DNA of 64,000 nucleotides, taken from the NCBI RefSeq assembly GCF_009914755.1, contig NC_060934.1. The stretch is one strand, 5' to 3'. The notes below the pieces were generated by a model. The model ran no database searches. It saw nothing but the letters and a program-made list of their open reading frames with translations, and was not told where the DNA came from. Positions 1 to 28,759 of the stretch are shown in pieces (position 1 is the first letter of the stretch; every line of letters begins with the position of its first letter). The DNA comes from the human T2T-CHM13v2.0 reference genome, Homo sapiens. A program made the position numbers and the translations under genes.

Positions 1-123
1 GAGTTGATAACTGCTCACGCTGGGTGATGAGTACATGGGGATTCATTACACTCTCCTGTCCATTGTTGAAAAGATGGCTCATGTAAAATAAATGGAGCTA
101 GTGTGGATAAAGACAAATATCCC

Positions 124-144
124 TATATATATATATATATATAT
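124..144. repeat. (TA)n microsatellite
   Basis: tatatata... run seen directly. Confidence 0.85.
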
Positions 145-252
145 CTTTTGCATTTGAAGAAAACACTATTAACCTAAAGCAAATGTAAATAAACAGAGAA
201 AAAAACAAACATTCAAAAGAATACCCTCTTAGCCTGATCAAATCTAAAACAC

Positions 253-1016
<764 letters not shown>

Positions 1017-1337
1017 CTATATAAAGTCAGTAATCACTTTTTTGGCATCTACAAGAAAACATTGCTACAAGTGGAGAGTGAATGATCAAAGGTTTAAACC
1101 AGGCTTTTAAAGGTGCTAGACACAGATAGGCAAGAAAGTAGAACAATGTTATTTGCAAGGCAAAAGGTGAGACGTAACTGTGAGACGGATGATCACCAAA
1201 ATAGACTAAGGAGCAGATTAAGACAGAAGTCAATCAGGAGGCTTTCTGTATGTGTATAATAAAATACTCGTCATTCTCCACCACACCACTCTTAACATCC
1301 TTTATCTGTCAATAGCACCACTACTTAAATTACCTAA

Positions 1338-2810
<1,473 letters not shown>

Positions 2811-4256
2811 TGAATCCCTAGGGATCGTGTTAAAATAGAGATTTTAATTCAGTAGCTCCAGGATGGGGCCTGAGATTCTGCATTTCTAAAGCTTTCAGGT
2901 GATATGGATTCTGCAGGTCTGTGATTCACACTCTGATACCAGAATACTTTGGGATTTCTGGATCTACACCTAATTTTCTAAATTTGTAAATATATGTTTT
3001 GGCACTTTTCATCAATACAGCTGTAAATGATTCATATTTCTTTTATATCAGATGCCAAATAAACCCAACTCAAGTCAACATTTATGAAAGTCCACTGTGT
3101 AATGAGCACTGTCCTAGGTGCTGATAGAAAGATTAAGTATTCAGCCATTTGAGTACACAGTATAGGAAAATGAGATAATATAGTGTCCCTTATGACAGGA
3201 ACACAGGATAGAAGCTAAAAATGTGCTGAATTGAGAATAAACGGACATAGATTGAATCAAGGCTATAAGTCAATAAGAAACATAAAATGATATGAAAACT
3301 GACCCAGTCAATTATAAAATAATCATTTGGGATCCCAAAGGGCTGGATATAAAAACAGGGACAGGCTGAATTTTTTTGCTTTTTTCTTTTCTAAGCCTGG
3401 GTTTGTATAAAGAGTAAAGGAGGGGCAAAAGCTCTAAAGAATGGTCAGATAGGCCAGGCGCAGTGGCTCACACCTATAATCCCAAAACTCTGGGAGGCCA
3501 AGGTGGGAGGACTGCTTGAGCCAAGGAGTTAAAGACCATGCTGGGCAACATAGTAAGACCTCGTCCCTACAAAAATATTTTAAAAATTACCCAGTGCAGC
3601 GGCGCCCACCTGTAGTCCAAACTATTCAGGAAGCTGAGGTGGGAGAATTGCTTGAGGCCAGGAGGTCAAGGCGGCAGTGAGTCGTGTTTGCATCATTGCA
3701 CTCCAGTTGAAAGAAAAGACAAGACAAGACAAGGAAAAAGAAAAAAAAAAAGAAAGAAAAAGAAAAGTAGATAGACCAAGGGCAAAAGGGTCAGGGTCAA
3801 AATAAAGGAAAAAAAAATCTGAAAATAATTTATGAGATAAATTAATAGTAATTTGAAAGGCAATATGCAGTTACAGTACCAAAGACATCATAAGCAATTT
3901 AAATTTCTAAGTTTCAAGAAATTGTTCCAGTGACAAGACCTATATCTAAATTCTTTAGCTACTATCTTAAATCTTACCTTTAAGAGCCTGGAGGAATTAT
4001 GTCAACAAAAATGAAAATAAGGCAAAGATTATCTGTATATAATAAAAATTAAAGCTATTTTAAGAAAGTGAATTTTGGTACATTTTGAAAAATAATTATA
4101 TAAAAGACTAGAATGCAATTCCATTTCCAGGAATGTACCTTATAGAAATACTTGCACAAGGACAAAATTATATATGTACAAGGCTATTCACTGCAGCATT
4201 TTTGTAATAGGAAAAGGTTAAAAACCATGTGAATGTCCATCAATAAGGGACAGGTG

Positions 4257-7177
<2,921 letters not shown>

Positions 7178-7363
7178 TGAAACAGATTATGGATAGCCAT
7201 ACAAGGAGGTGTTATGTGGTTATTAAAAATGAGGCAGCTTTTTCTTTTACCCATATATGAAACCATCTATAACACGTATTAATGAAAAAAAAAAAAGGCA
7301 AAGTGAAAAACTGCATAGTGTGCTTCCATTATGTGTAAAAAATGCACTGATTTTGACTTATAG

Positions 7364-8210
<847 letters not shown>

Positions 8211-9049
8211 TTTTTTTTTTTTTTTTTTAAACATTCTCTGTTAGCAATCACTTTTAAAAGACTAGAAAATCATTTTTGGTTTTCCAAACCACCTCCACCC
8301 AGTGAGTCAGTTAGTAAAAGGGCTGGGTCTCACCGTTTCTCATTGATGGCATGAAGCCCAGGAACCCAAGAGGCAGCTGTTGCAAATTTATGGGGGAAAA
8401 AATACACGAAACAGGAAGGGTGACTGAAGATACGCGCAACAGCGAATACAATTTTGCAAAACCGGCTTCTAGGTATGGTAGGATCATTTAAATCCGTCAG
8501 TGATGTGGAGAAAGAACATGGAGGCATGGCTAGTCCTCTGCACGGACAGGTAGGTAGCCAACCACCAGTGAGGACTGAAAGACAGTCCTCACTGAAAAGG
8601 ACTGAAAGTTTGCAGTGGCCAAAATTATCTCTTTTACCTATTCAGTGCTTGAAACTCTTTCCTTGCCTGGAAGGTAACTCATTACACTCATCATCTAATT
8701 CGGACACATTTAGCAGATTAGCTGGCCATCAGCTGGCAAAAATCAGGGCGTTTACGGCAGTCGGAAGACAACAGCGTCATGTCTGTCACTTTACGGTGGA
8801 CATCAGCCATCTACCTCTGCACCTTGGTTTCCTTGCGCAGTGTTTGCACAGGATGAGCTAATTTCAACACAGATTTGCTGCTGGTCGGGGAACAGCAATC
8901 AAATCTGGAATGCTATTCTAGAATAGCTTCCAAGAACTGTAAACGAGAACCAGTGTACGACCTTGGCCTGGCGCATTCTGTCCTACGGTTCACTAAACAC
9001 AGTAAAAATTTCCCCAAGTTTCCCTAAATTCGCTGTGTCACCGGAAAGT

Positions 9050-9800
9050 ACAGCCACTACCAGCCAGACGGCTTTCAGCACTGCCCGTGCGTTTCCCTAC
9101 TCAGCCTCCCGCGAGGCAGCTGGGCCACGCTCCGGCCTCAGCCCCTCCACCTGCCCGAGGGCGGGGCGCCACTGGTCCCTGGGATTTCCAAACGGACGGA
9201 AGGGCTTCCCGTAAGCCAGGCCGGCCGCCTCACCCACGCCACCCCAACACACCCCGGCCGGCAGCCCGGCTACGAGACGCGCAAACCGAGTCGCCGCCAT
9301 CCGGGAGGCCCACACTGCCCTCCAGCCGCGCCCCACTAGCACCGGGACAGCAGCGCCCAGAGCTGGCCGAGGGCAAGACCACCGAGGCAGACGAGGTGGG
9401 AAAGGGAGGGGGGCGCCGCTCCTCACCTGACCCCAGCAGCAGCGTCACAGCCCAACCCGGTCTCCCGCAAGATGGAGCCGGGGGCGGGCCCAGGGTGGGC
9501 GGGGCGTCTCGCGAGCCCGTTAGGATCGCGGCTGCAGCCGGGAACACCCCCGGAGCCGGAGAGGGCGCTGCGGGGAGCGGGCTGTCCCTCAGTCCCGCCC
9601 CTAGGCGCCACCTGAGGGAAAAAGACTCTCCCTTCGGGTGGCCCAGCGGATTTTTAATCACATTTATCTGTCGCAAGGACCCTGCACCAATCCCTTTTAA
9701 GGCTGCCTCAAGTCACCTAGGAAGTTGCAGCAGTCCTGGGGGTATCCGGGGCCCCTTCAGTGGCGGGCGGTAGAGAAGGGCTGAGACTGGGAGGCTGGTG
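9050..9800. promoter_or_regulatory. ANXA7: CpG-island promoter of ANXA7
   Basis: High GC/CpG density; GC boxes GGGGCGGG at 9481-9504; TCTCGCGAG at 9507-9515; CCAAT at 9687-9691. Confidence 0.9.
9427..9480 (-). other. ANXA7: ANXA7 non-coding exon 1 (5' UTR); TSS approximate; coding exons lie left of the window
   Basis: Minus strand ...GCTGCTGCTGGGGTCAG|GTGAGG donor at 9427/9426; matches my recollection of the ANXA7 mRNA leader; synteny with MSS51 and PPP3CB. Confidence 0.8.
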
Positions 9801-10104
9801 CAGCCTCCCCGCCTCTGAAATACCGTCCTCCAGGTATTTTCTGGGGACAAAGACGGCGTTTTTTGTTAGCCTCCTGTGAAAGTAATATTTGTGGGAAATC
9901 TTAGTTGGAACTGTAGATGAACTAATCAAAATCACTCCCGAAAGGAGTTGTTAGGTGATTTTAGGCTCCCCTCGTGGCTACAGCATTGAACACACATTAG
10001 CATTAAACATTTGAGGCAATTACGAGGGCTCAGATCAATATTTTAAACTCGTTAAGGAATTTATATTACAGAGAAAACCAATCAGCTACCTTTTAGAGTG
10101 GTAA

Positions 10105-10275
10105 AAGGTAGCTTCTGGGTGTGGTCCCCCGAACAGCAGCATCACCTGGAAACGTGTTAGTAACGCAGATTATTGAACTCCACCTTAGACCTACTGAATC
10201 AAACTCCCCGGGTGGTGCCCAGCAACCTGTTTTAACAAGCCTTCCAGGTGGTTCTGATGCACACTAAAGTTTGCA
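10105..10275. mobile_element. MER5A-like hAT DNA transposon remnant
   Basis: CAGCAGCATCACCTGG...TTTTAACAAGCC..CCAGGTG.TTCTGATGCACACTAAAGTTTG pattern. Confidence 0.7.
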
Positions 10276-10918
10276 CATCTGATGCACATCAACTTACTTA
10301 TTCCTCTACACACTTTTCTACCCAAAAGCTTCCTCATGGGGGTGGAATAGAGTGGATTACGATTTTAAATGGGAAGAGCAAGCAAAATATACGTGGCTTC
10401 CAAATAGGTGTGTGGAGTGAAAAGTATTTGAGGCAGGTCATTGCCTCATTTAACAATGGTAGACAAAATGCACAACTCTCTAGGTGACCAGCATTAATTC
10501 CCCGGCGCCCAACAGTCTGTCTACCTGGAAAATAACAGGACTTTCTGTCCTACCTACCCCAGAGACCTCCAGGATTTAAGCCTTCCCTGAGAAGCCTACT
10601 CTGTTCATTCTAGAGTTCCCTTTGTGAGCTCGTTCCAAACCCTCCCTCTGCCTTAAATACCACCATAACAGGGTATTTGCCAAACCTCTTATTTCCAGCC
10701 CACTTTCCTGAGCTGCAGGAATAGTCCAATAGTCTACTACGACATTTGCCATTTCATCCTTTCAATTCATCCTTTCTTCCTGGCATAAAAGGCGTTACAG
10801 GATCGGAGACCCTTTCCTCCTGCTACCTCTGCTTAGAAAGCACTGCTCATCTTTTAACAATTACTCATCTTAATTAGACTTGTTTTCAAGGTTGCTCATC
10901 TCCGTCTTGCTCCAATAA

Positions 10919-13148
<2,230 letters not shown>

Positions 13149-13249
13149 ATGTCATCTCCTCAAGGTATTTCCTGAACATTAGTAGCTGCCACCAGCACAA
13201 CCACCACTAGCAGCTATGCTCATTATTTAATTTTCCTTATACCACTTAA

Positions 13250-13657
<408 letters not shown>

Positions 13658-14439
13658 TTAGAGCCTAGTAGTGAGTGTTTGATAAATAATTGATTGTCTG
13701 ATTGACTACAATAGGGCCCCCAAAACCCAAGCCAACTACTTCGTCTGGTGATCAGCCAAATACAGATTTATTTCCAGCACTGGGAAAAACTGGCTCTGAT
13801 AGACCTACTGAGAGAACCCATGTGCTACCCTAAAGGATTTTCAAAGGTAGTTTTGAAAATTTTTTTTCATTTCATATGCTGACTTTAGAAAACATAACTC
13901 CATTATATTGTCCTTGCTTATGTCAGTCTCCTATAAGGGCAGAAGCCATCTTAGAATCCTCAGCATTTGACAATAAGCTAGGCATTTGGACTTTTGTGTA
14001 CTATCACCACCATTCTACTAAATTGGATGTTTTTGCGCCACCTGTTACTGTGTAGTTTCTAATTATATTCTGGCTGACAGATACATCACCCTTCATCCAT
14101 CACAATCAGCAAACAAATCCTAGATTTTACTTTCATGTTCTACCTGCAAAATGTCACTATTTACTTTACTTGTAGTTAAAAATTACCTCTTGCTCTCCAT
14201 ACCTACTGATATAATCTTAGCTGACACCTACATTATCTCGTCTGAACCATGACAATAGTGTCCTAACTGGATTTTCCATTACCAAACCATCTTACACACT
14301 ACTGCTAGTTCAATCTGTGTTACTGAGCAAAATTCAAAATGATATTTATCAAATAATAGCTACTAAGGACATACTATTTGCTAGGTACTGTGTTAAGGAT
14401 TTAAATATCCTTATTTTTTACATTCTCTAAGATTAGAAA

Positions 14440-16030
14440 AATTTGGTAATAGCTTTATTGAAATATAATTCACCCATATAATGTGTACAATTCAATGATT
14501 TTTAGTACATTCAGAGTTGTGCATCTACCACCACAATCAATTTTAGAATGGTTATATCCCATATCCTTTACCCGTCGCCCCCAATACCCCCATCCTTCCC
14601 CTCCACATGTAGCCACTAATCTACTTTGTCTCCATAGACTTGCCTATTCTGAACATTTCATATAAATGCACTTGTACAATATGTAGTCTTTTGTAACTGG
14701 CTTTCATATTGTAACATGAATCAGTATTTCATTACTTTTATGGTCAAATACTATTTCCTTGTAAGGATTTACCACATTTTGCTTATCCATTCATAAGCTG
14801 ATGGATATTTTGGTTGTTTTCATCTTTTGGCTGTCATGAATAATGCTGCTATGAATATTTATATACATATGATTTCATTTCTCATGGGTACAAACCTATG
14901 AGCAAAACTTCTGGGTCAAATGGTAAGTCAATTTTTAACTTTTTTTTTTTTTTAAAGAGACAGGGTCTTGATTCGTTGCCCAGGCTGGTCTTAAACTCCT
15001 TGCTTTAAGCAGTACTCCTAGCTCAGCCTCCCAAAGTGCTGGGATTACAGGCGTGAGTCATCATTACCTGGCCCTCAATGTTTAACTGTTTGAGGAACTG
15101 CCAGACTGTTTTCCAAATTGGCTGCATCATTTTACATTCCCACCAGCAGTGTATGAAGGTTACAATTTCTTCACATCCTCATCAACATTTGTTACTACCT
15201 CTTTTTTTCATCATAGCCATCGTAGTGGGTATGAAGTGGTATCTCATTATAATTTTAATTTGTATACCTTAATGATTGATGATGTTGAGCATCTTTTCAT
15301 GTACTTATTGGCCCTTTATACATCTTTTTTGGAGAAATGTCTGTTCAGATCCTTTGCCCATTTTTAATTGGGTTATCTGTCCTTTTAAGTTGTAGGTCCC
15401 TTATCAGATATATAATTTATTAATATTTTCTCTCATTCTTTTTTTTTTTTTTTGAGACAGGATCTCGCTCTGTCACCCAGGCTGGAGTGCGATCATGGCT
15501 CACTGCAGCCTCCTGGGCTCAAGCGATCTTTCCACCTCAGCCTCCCAGGTAGTGTGACTACAGGCATGCGCCACCATGCCCACTAATTTTTTTTTTTTTG
15601 TAGAGATAGGTCTATGTTGCTTAGGCTCATCTTGAACTTCTGGGCTTAAGCAGTCCTCCTGTCTTTGCCTCCTAAAATGTTGGGATTACAGGTGTGAGCC
15701 ACCACACCTGGCCTAAAATTTTAAATTTTGATAGTCTAATTTATTTATTTTTATTTTGGTTGCTTGTGTTTTTGGTGTCATACCTAAGAAAACATTGCCA
15801 GATAAGTTCACAAAGATTTTCCCCTTTTTTTTCTTTGAAGAGTTTTAGTTTTGGGTATTTGAACCATTTTGAGTTAATCTATGTATATTGTGTGAGGTGG
15901 GGGTATAGCTTTATTCTTCTGCATCTGGATATCCAGTTGTCCCAGCACTATTTGTTGAAAAGTCTGTTCTTTTCCCAATTAATTGTTTATGTACCCTTGT
16001 GAAAAATCAATTGACCATAAATGTTAAGGT
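14440..16030 (-). mobile_element. Old L1M (L1MB-like) 3' fragment, antisense, interrupted by Alu/FLAM pieces
   Basis: TTTTACATTCCCACCAGCAGTGTATG..., GATGTTGAGCATCTTTTCATG are typical L1 3' reverse sequences. Confidence 0.75.
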
Positions 16031-16342
16031 TTTTTTTTTCTTTTTTTTTTTTTGAGACAGATTCTCACTTTTCACCCAGGCTGAAGTGCAGTGGCACAAT
16101 CTTGGCTCACTGCAGCCTCAACCTCCTGCGCTCAAGCGATCCTCTCACCTCAGCCCCTCAAGTAGCTAGGACTACAGGTATGTGTCACCATGCCCAGCTA
16201 ATTTTTTTTGTATTTTTTTTAGAGACGGGGTTTTGGGATGTTTCCCACACTGGTCTCAAGCTCCTGGGCTCAAACGATCTGCTTGCCTTGGCCTCCCAAA
16301 GTGCTGGGATTACAGGCATGAACCACCATGCCCTGCTATTCT

Positions 16343-16708
16343 TGTTACAGTCTGAATGTTTTGTGAGCCTCCTCCACCCCAATACATACACATACACATA
16401 CATACACCACACATACACAAATTCACGTGCTGAAATCCTAACCTCCGGCTTTAGGAGGTGGGATCTTTGGGAAATTATTAGGTCATGAGGGCAGAGCCCT
16501 CATGAGTGGGATTAGTGTCCTTGTAAAAGAGGAAAGAGTGAGCTCAGTCGCCCCTTCCACAGTAAGAACATGCCCTTCTCAGACACGAAATCTGCTAGTG
16601 CCTTGATCTTGGACTTTCCAGCTTCCAGAAATGTGGAAAATAAATTTGATGTTTACAAGCCACACAGTTTACAGTATTTTGTTACAGCAGCCCAAGCAGA
16701 CTAAGACA
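16343..16708 (+). mobile_element. MLT1-type MaLR solo LTR
   Basis: TG...CA termini; TTAGGTCATGAGGG, CTTGATCTTGGACTTTCCAGC, GCAGCCCAAGCAGACTAAGACA. Confidence 0.65.
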
Positions 16709-16784
16709 ATTCTCAATTCTACTGCACTGACCTTATGTCTATTCTATGCCAGTATCACATTGTCTTGACTACTACTATTTTGTA

Positions 16785-16962
16785 CAGGTTGAGCATCCCT
16801 AATCCAAAAATTTGAAATTCAAAATGCTCCAAAATCCAAAGCTTTTTGAGTACCGAGATCCAAAATGGTCCAAAACCTGAAACTTTTGGAGTGCCGACAT
16901 AGCACTCAAAGGATACGCTCACAGGAGCATTTTGGGTTTTCAGATTAGGGATATTGAACTGC
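16785..16962. mobile_element. Tigger4/MER46-like DNA transposon remnant
   Basis: Imperfect terminal inverted repeats CAGGTTGAGCATCCCTAATC / GATTAGGGATATTGAACTG. Confidence 0.6.
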
Positions 16963-17626
16963 TAAGTATACAATTGATTATAGGTTTTGGAACTGGGGGC
17001 CGGGCACAGTGGCTCATAATCTCAGCACTTTGGGAGGCTGAGGAGGGTGGATCTCTTGAGCTCAGGAGTTCAAGACCAGCCTGGGCAACATGGCAAAACC
17101 CTGTCTCTACAAAAAATACAAAAATTGGCTGGGCATGGTGGCTTGCACTTGTGGTCCCAGCTACTAGGGAGGCTGAGGTGGGAGGATCACTTGAGCCCGA
17201 GACTCTGTCTCAAACAACAAAAAAAAGAAATTGGGATGTGCAAGTCCTCCAACTTTGCAAACATTTTCGTTTAACTTCAATATTAATTTGGGATACTTGG
17301 TATTATCTCCATTTTACAGATGAAGAAACTAAGGCTTAGAGAAGTTTAGCTTCCCTTGCAATATAAAATTTGATGGCTGTTCCAGGATTCATACTCAGAT
17401 CTACAAAAATCCACAATACTCCTATCATCTTATCTCAATCTACCTTCCAGACTTAATTTATACTAATCCCTAAAGGTACCTTCAAATATCCCATATGCTT
17501 TTCTGCCTCCAAACTTCTGGTCCTGTTGTTCCTTCCGTCTTGAGTGCCTTGTGCTCTGTTTCAAAAAATTCTCACTCAGAATATTTTCACTATCGTTTAG
17601 CAAAATGATCTCTTTCCACTCTATTT

Positions 17627-18155
<529 letters not shown>

Positions 18156-18522
18156 CTCTTTTCACTCTATTTCCTTAGCACCAGAAGCCTCTCTCGTGTT
18201 TCTTACTCCATATTATACCTTGCAATAAAGGTATCTCCAAATACATAAATATTATTTCCCTTCCTAAGAATAAACACCATGTCTTATTCACCTTTCAATC
18301 TCCCCAAAGCCAAAATACAGTACCTGTAGTATGACAGGTACTGTTTTCAATGAATATATGAAATTCTAAAATTATCCCTATTAGAGTGGGCAATAGAATG
18401 TGTATGTATGTGTTGGGTGATGGGCTGTAATATGTGTGTGAGAGACAGTCATGGCAAGATTGTAGGAATGAATACCCAGGAAATGTCCTAATCCTGAGAG
18501 TATGATGAGAAAAGGATGACAT

Positions 18523-18845
18523 TGGCTGGGCACAGTGTCTCATGCCTGTAATCCTAACACTCTGGCAGGCTGAGGTGGGAGGATTGCTTGAGCCCAGGAG
18601 TTTGAGACCAGCCTGGGCAACACAAGGAGGCCCTGTCTCTAGAAAAAAAAAAAAAAAAAAGTTAGCTGGGCGTGGTGGTATGTACCTGTAAGTCCCAACT
18701 ACTTGAGAGGATGAGATGGAAGGATCACTTGAGCCCAGGAGTCTGAGGCTGCAAAGAGCTATGATAATGCCACTGCACTCCAGCCTTGGCAACAGAGCAA
18801 GACTCTGTCTCCAAAAAGAAAAAAGAAAAAGAAATAAAAAAGAAA
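18523..18845 (+). mobile_element. AluJ-like element
   Basis: Alu consensus; flanking repeat GAAAAGGATGACAT. Confidence 0.8.
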
Positions 18846-18994
18846 AGGATGACATGAGGCAAATGTGTGACAGAGTGGCAGACCCAGAGAACTGATGCTA
18901 ATTACTCTGTTGGCAAGAGAGAAACTTCCAGTCTTGAGGTGTTATGTGCAGATGAGTAATACTTGCCAGTGAATAGGAAATAAAACAAGTGACT

Positions 18995-23723
<4,729 letters not shown>

Positions 23724-23920
23724 TTATATGCAGAATAGACATGGAATGGAATTTTACAAGCTGGACACTTGTGAAGTATTTTCATATGCTTGACCTTTCA
23801 TTTCTCATTCCAGTCTCTCAGACCCAGGTTATCAGTAAGATTTATTCAGTATTTACTGGTTATTGATCACCATAGGCAGCTGTGGAAAATAGGGAAGAAG
23901 TAATTTGTTGTTGTTGTTGT

Positions 23921-24764
<844 letters not shown>

Positions 24765-25534
24765 TTAATGTATTTTAAAACTCAATTTAAAAGAAGAAAA
24801 AGCAATAGAAGTTTTAATTCTCCAAAGTGACCATCCAATTGGAGAGTTAGACAGTTTAATATAGAGAGATAAAACATTTATTTTGAAAGACCTATTATCA
24901 CATGTATAAGCAATAAGCCAAGAAGTAAAAATTAAATGTAATACAAAACGTGCACTAAGAGTTATGTAGTCAAGCAAGTCAGAAAAATTTCCTAAAGTGG
25001 TAAGTTTTGAGGTAGAAGTAAGCCTACACTCAGTCACGATCTGGCTGTGACTCTGTGCTGTCCTCTTTCCCTGTCTCATCTTCTGCCATGCCTTCCATAA
25101 GAGCTGAGTAAACAGAAAGGACCATATGAGAAAAATTAAAATGTCCATTCATGTAATATATATTTACTGATAAACAGATGAAATCATTTGCGAAACACTA
25201 TATATAGAAGCAAATATGAGAAATATATATCTAAATGTCTTGCAGGGAGATTAGATGTAGACTATAAGGTACTATATAAATCCAACCAGAAAAGTGCAAC
25301 TAAAGCACTAATGGGAGATCAGAAGAAGAAAATCTCTTCAGTGGGCGAGAATCTCTTCAGTGGCTTTCTTCATGAAGCAGGTGGCAGTTGGAATAGACCT
25401 TGAAAGATGGGAATACTTTGAATACTTGGAAATAGGGAAAAAATAAATTCTAAGCACAGAGGAGAGAATAAACACAGAAATATAGACAGAAACATTCTGC
25501 AAATTAATGAAATAGAATGACTCGAGTTTGAATG

Positions 25535-26722
25535 TTTAAAGTATAAAGACCTAAACTTAAGAAGTAAAACTATAAAAGTCTATGGGGAAAGGTTCATGAC
25601 ATAGGTTTGGCAATAATTTCTAGGATATGACACCAAAAGCACAGGCAACACCACCACCACCAAAATAGATAAATTGGACAGCAAAATTAAAAACTTTTGT
25701 GCATCAAAGGATGCTAAACTAACAACAGAGTCAAATGACACCCCAAGAATGGAAGAAAATATTTGCACACCATATATCTGATAAGGGGTTAGTATTCAAA
25801 ATATATAAAGAATTCCCACAACTCAATAACAAACAAAAAAACCACCAAACAACCCAACTAAAAAATTGGGCATAACATGTGAATAGGCATTTTCCCAAAG
25901 AATATATGCAAATGGACAATAAACACAAGAAAATATGCTCAATAGTCATTAGGAAAATGCAAATCAGAACCACAGTGAGATATTACTTCATACCCACTAG
26001 TATGGCTATTATAAAAAAAAAAAACAGAAAATGACAAGTGTTGATGAGGATATGGAGTAATTTGAACCCTCGTACACTGCAGGTGAGAATGTAAAATGGT
26101 GCCACCACCATAGAAAACAGTACGGCAGTTCCCCAAAAAGTTAACATAATATTACTATATAACCAGAAATTTCATTCTTAGGTATGTGCCCAAAATATTT
26201 AAAAACAGATACTCAAACAAATACTTATATGTGAATGTTCATAGCAGCACTATTCGCAACAGCTAAAAGGTAGAAACAACCCAAAGGTCCATCAATGGAT
26301 AAATGGATAAACAAATTGGGATATAAATATACATATGAAGATGTATATTATTCAGCTATAAAAAGAAATGAAATACTGATACACGCTACAATGTAGAGGA
26401 ACTTCAAAAAACATTATACTAAGTGAAGAAAGCCAGACACAAAATGTTGTATACATGTTGTATGATGCCATTTCTATGAAATATCCAGAATAGGTAAACC
26501 CAGAGACAGAAAGCAGATTGGTAGTTGCTAAGGGCTGGGTGGAAGGGAAAATGGGGAGTAACTGCTTAATGGTTATGGGGTCTTCTTTTGGGGTGATAAA
26601 AATGTTTTGGAACAAGACAAAATTGATGGTTGAACAATACCGTGAATACACTAAATGCCATTTAATTGCTCACTTTAAAATTATTAATTTTATGTTATAT
26701 GATTTTCACTTCGATTAAAAAA
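25535..26722 (+). mobile_element. L1MB-like 3' fragment in MSS51 intron 1
   Basis: GAAAATGCAAATCAGAACCACAGTGAG, ATGTTCATAGCAGCACTATTC typical L1 3' end. Confidence 0.8.
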
Positions 26723-27358
26723 GAAAGGAAGGAAGGTATTCATAGAGATTGAGAGGCTAAAAAGTTATTAATCCCCAGATTGTCTTCAGGTACAGAGAAA
26801 TAACAGAGGATTAAAAACGCTGGCAGTGTGAATGAGGAAACTGTTAAAGTTCAAACCAGGGATCATGTTTTGTTACAAAAATGATCTGACATTTGATCCT
26901 TCTAGATCAGATCTGTTAGGAAAAACCTCAGAATCATCATGCAGCTGAGGTGTATGCAGGTGGCAAAAATAAACAAAAAGCTCCCAGAATTATCCAGCTC
27001 ATATCCATATCTTACAACATGACTCTTAAAAACCTGTCCTCAGGTTAATGGAGGAACAAATTTGTATTTTCCTTTGTACTTTCTATCTCCTCATCCTTAT
27101 GTTTCCATCCACCCTCTTAATGTCTCCCCTTATCCCATGGGTGAATGGATGGTTTCAGTCCACAGAACAGAAATAGTCAAGCTCATCTGTATACCATATC
27201 CTATATATTACCTTCAATGAAGAAATTGGACCTAATGATATTAGATTATCTTAGGGTTTAAGGGTCATGTCCTTTTACCAAAAGAGTAAATGGAATTGCC
27301 CTTCACACTTTAGGGCCCAATTTCCAACAACTAACCTCATTCTGTCCTCCACTTTTAA

Positions 27359-27581
<223 letters not shown>

Positions 27582-28759
27582 TAGCTGGGATTACAGGCTC
27601 GCGCCACCATGCCCAGCTAATTTTTGTATTTTTAGTAGAGATGGGGTTTCACCATGTTGGTCAGGCTGGTCTCGAACTCCTGACCTCGTGATCCACCCAC
27701 CTCGACCTCCCAAAGTGCTGGGATTACAGGCATGAGCCACGGCGCCCGGCCAAGACACCACTTTCTTAAACCTTGAAAGAATGACTTTTTTTTTTTTAAA
27801 TAGGTATGGAAGGAAAGTGTGATTTGAGACAACTCTAGGGTCTTAAATCCCAGAATTTATAATAGATATCTCCCTGAAGTTAAAACATAAGCCTTTTTGC
27901 TGCAATGGAAGCAAGCCACTTAAGGTCAGAAAGGTACTGCTTTACTTTTCCGCATTTCCAAGGTGAGGTCTTCCTCTAAAGGAAGATTAGCTCTTGGCAA
28001 TCTGGGAGTTGGCTGAACTGGTCAGAAAGCAAAAGGATCACACAGTTTGAGGAAGAGGAGTGGTGGTAAAAATCCCTAATGTCACAGTCTCCTCTGTGTC
28101 TAGAGCACAATGTTCATGATACAAATGAGTTAGCTTTCTGGCAGAAAAGAAAGAAGGTGGGTGAGAAGCCAGGTCTTTGATCTGCATCTATATACATCAT
28201 CAGGTTCATGTTTGAGTTTATATACCCCAGGCCCAGACACAGCTTCCCTGGTTCTAAATCTCCTGTAAAGAGCCCCAGGCTACTCCCTGTTCACAGGTTA
28301 TAAACTGAGAGAAACAAAGGAAAAAACAGGGGACTCACAGGAGAAGCTGGAAAGAATTGCAGTAAGCTCTTTGAACTTTCCAGAGTCTAGAATGCTCTCC
28401 ACTTAGAAAGGGAATCCCTTTCATTTTTTTCTAGCCATCCCCAGTGACTTAGGCTCTAATTTAGTCCCAGTATAAGAGAGAGAACACCAACACCAAGAAC
28501 TGGAGAGGAGACATGATCTTGATTGCCTAGAAAAACTTTTATCCTTCATGTCCAAATTCAAGACAAAATATTAATCTATTCCTAGACCTAGGTTTCCCAT
28601 CTTCTTCTTTACCACCAAGAGTCCCAAGTTTCACCTAAACTACAGTCATATTTTCACTATCTCCAGATAAGGAGTGCTCATCTAATTTTCTGTAAGTCAC
28701 CAAAAAATGCAAAACGTCTTTGGAGAGGTAGGGAGAAGGAAGACTGAAACTGGTCATTG

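Noticed and set aside
8963-9773. Overlapping 109-228 aa ORFs on both strands
   Set aside because: Stop-poor GC-rich CpG island, low-complexity P/G/A/R composition, mostly non-ATG starts
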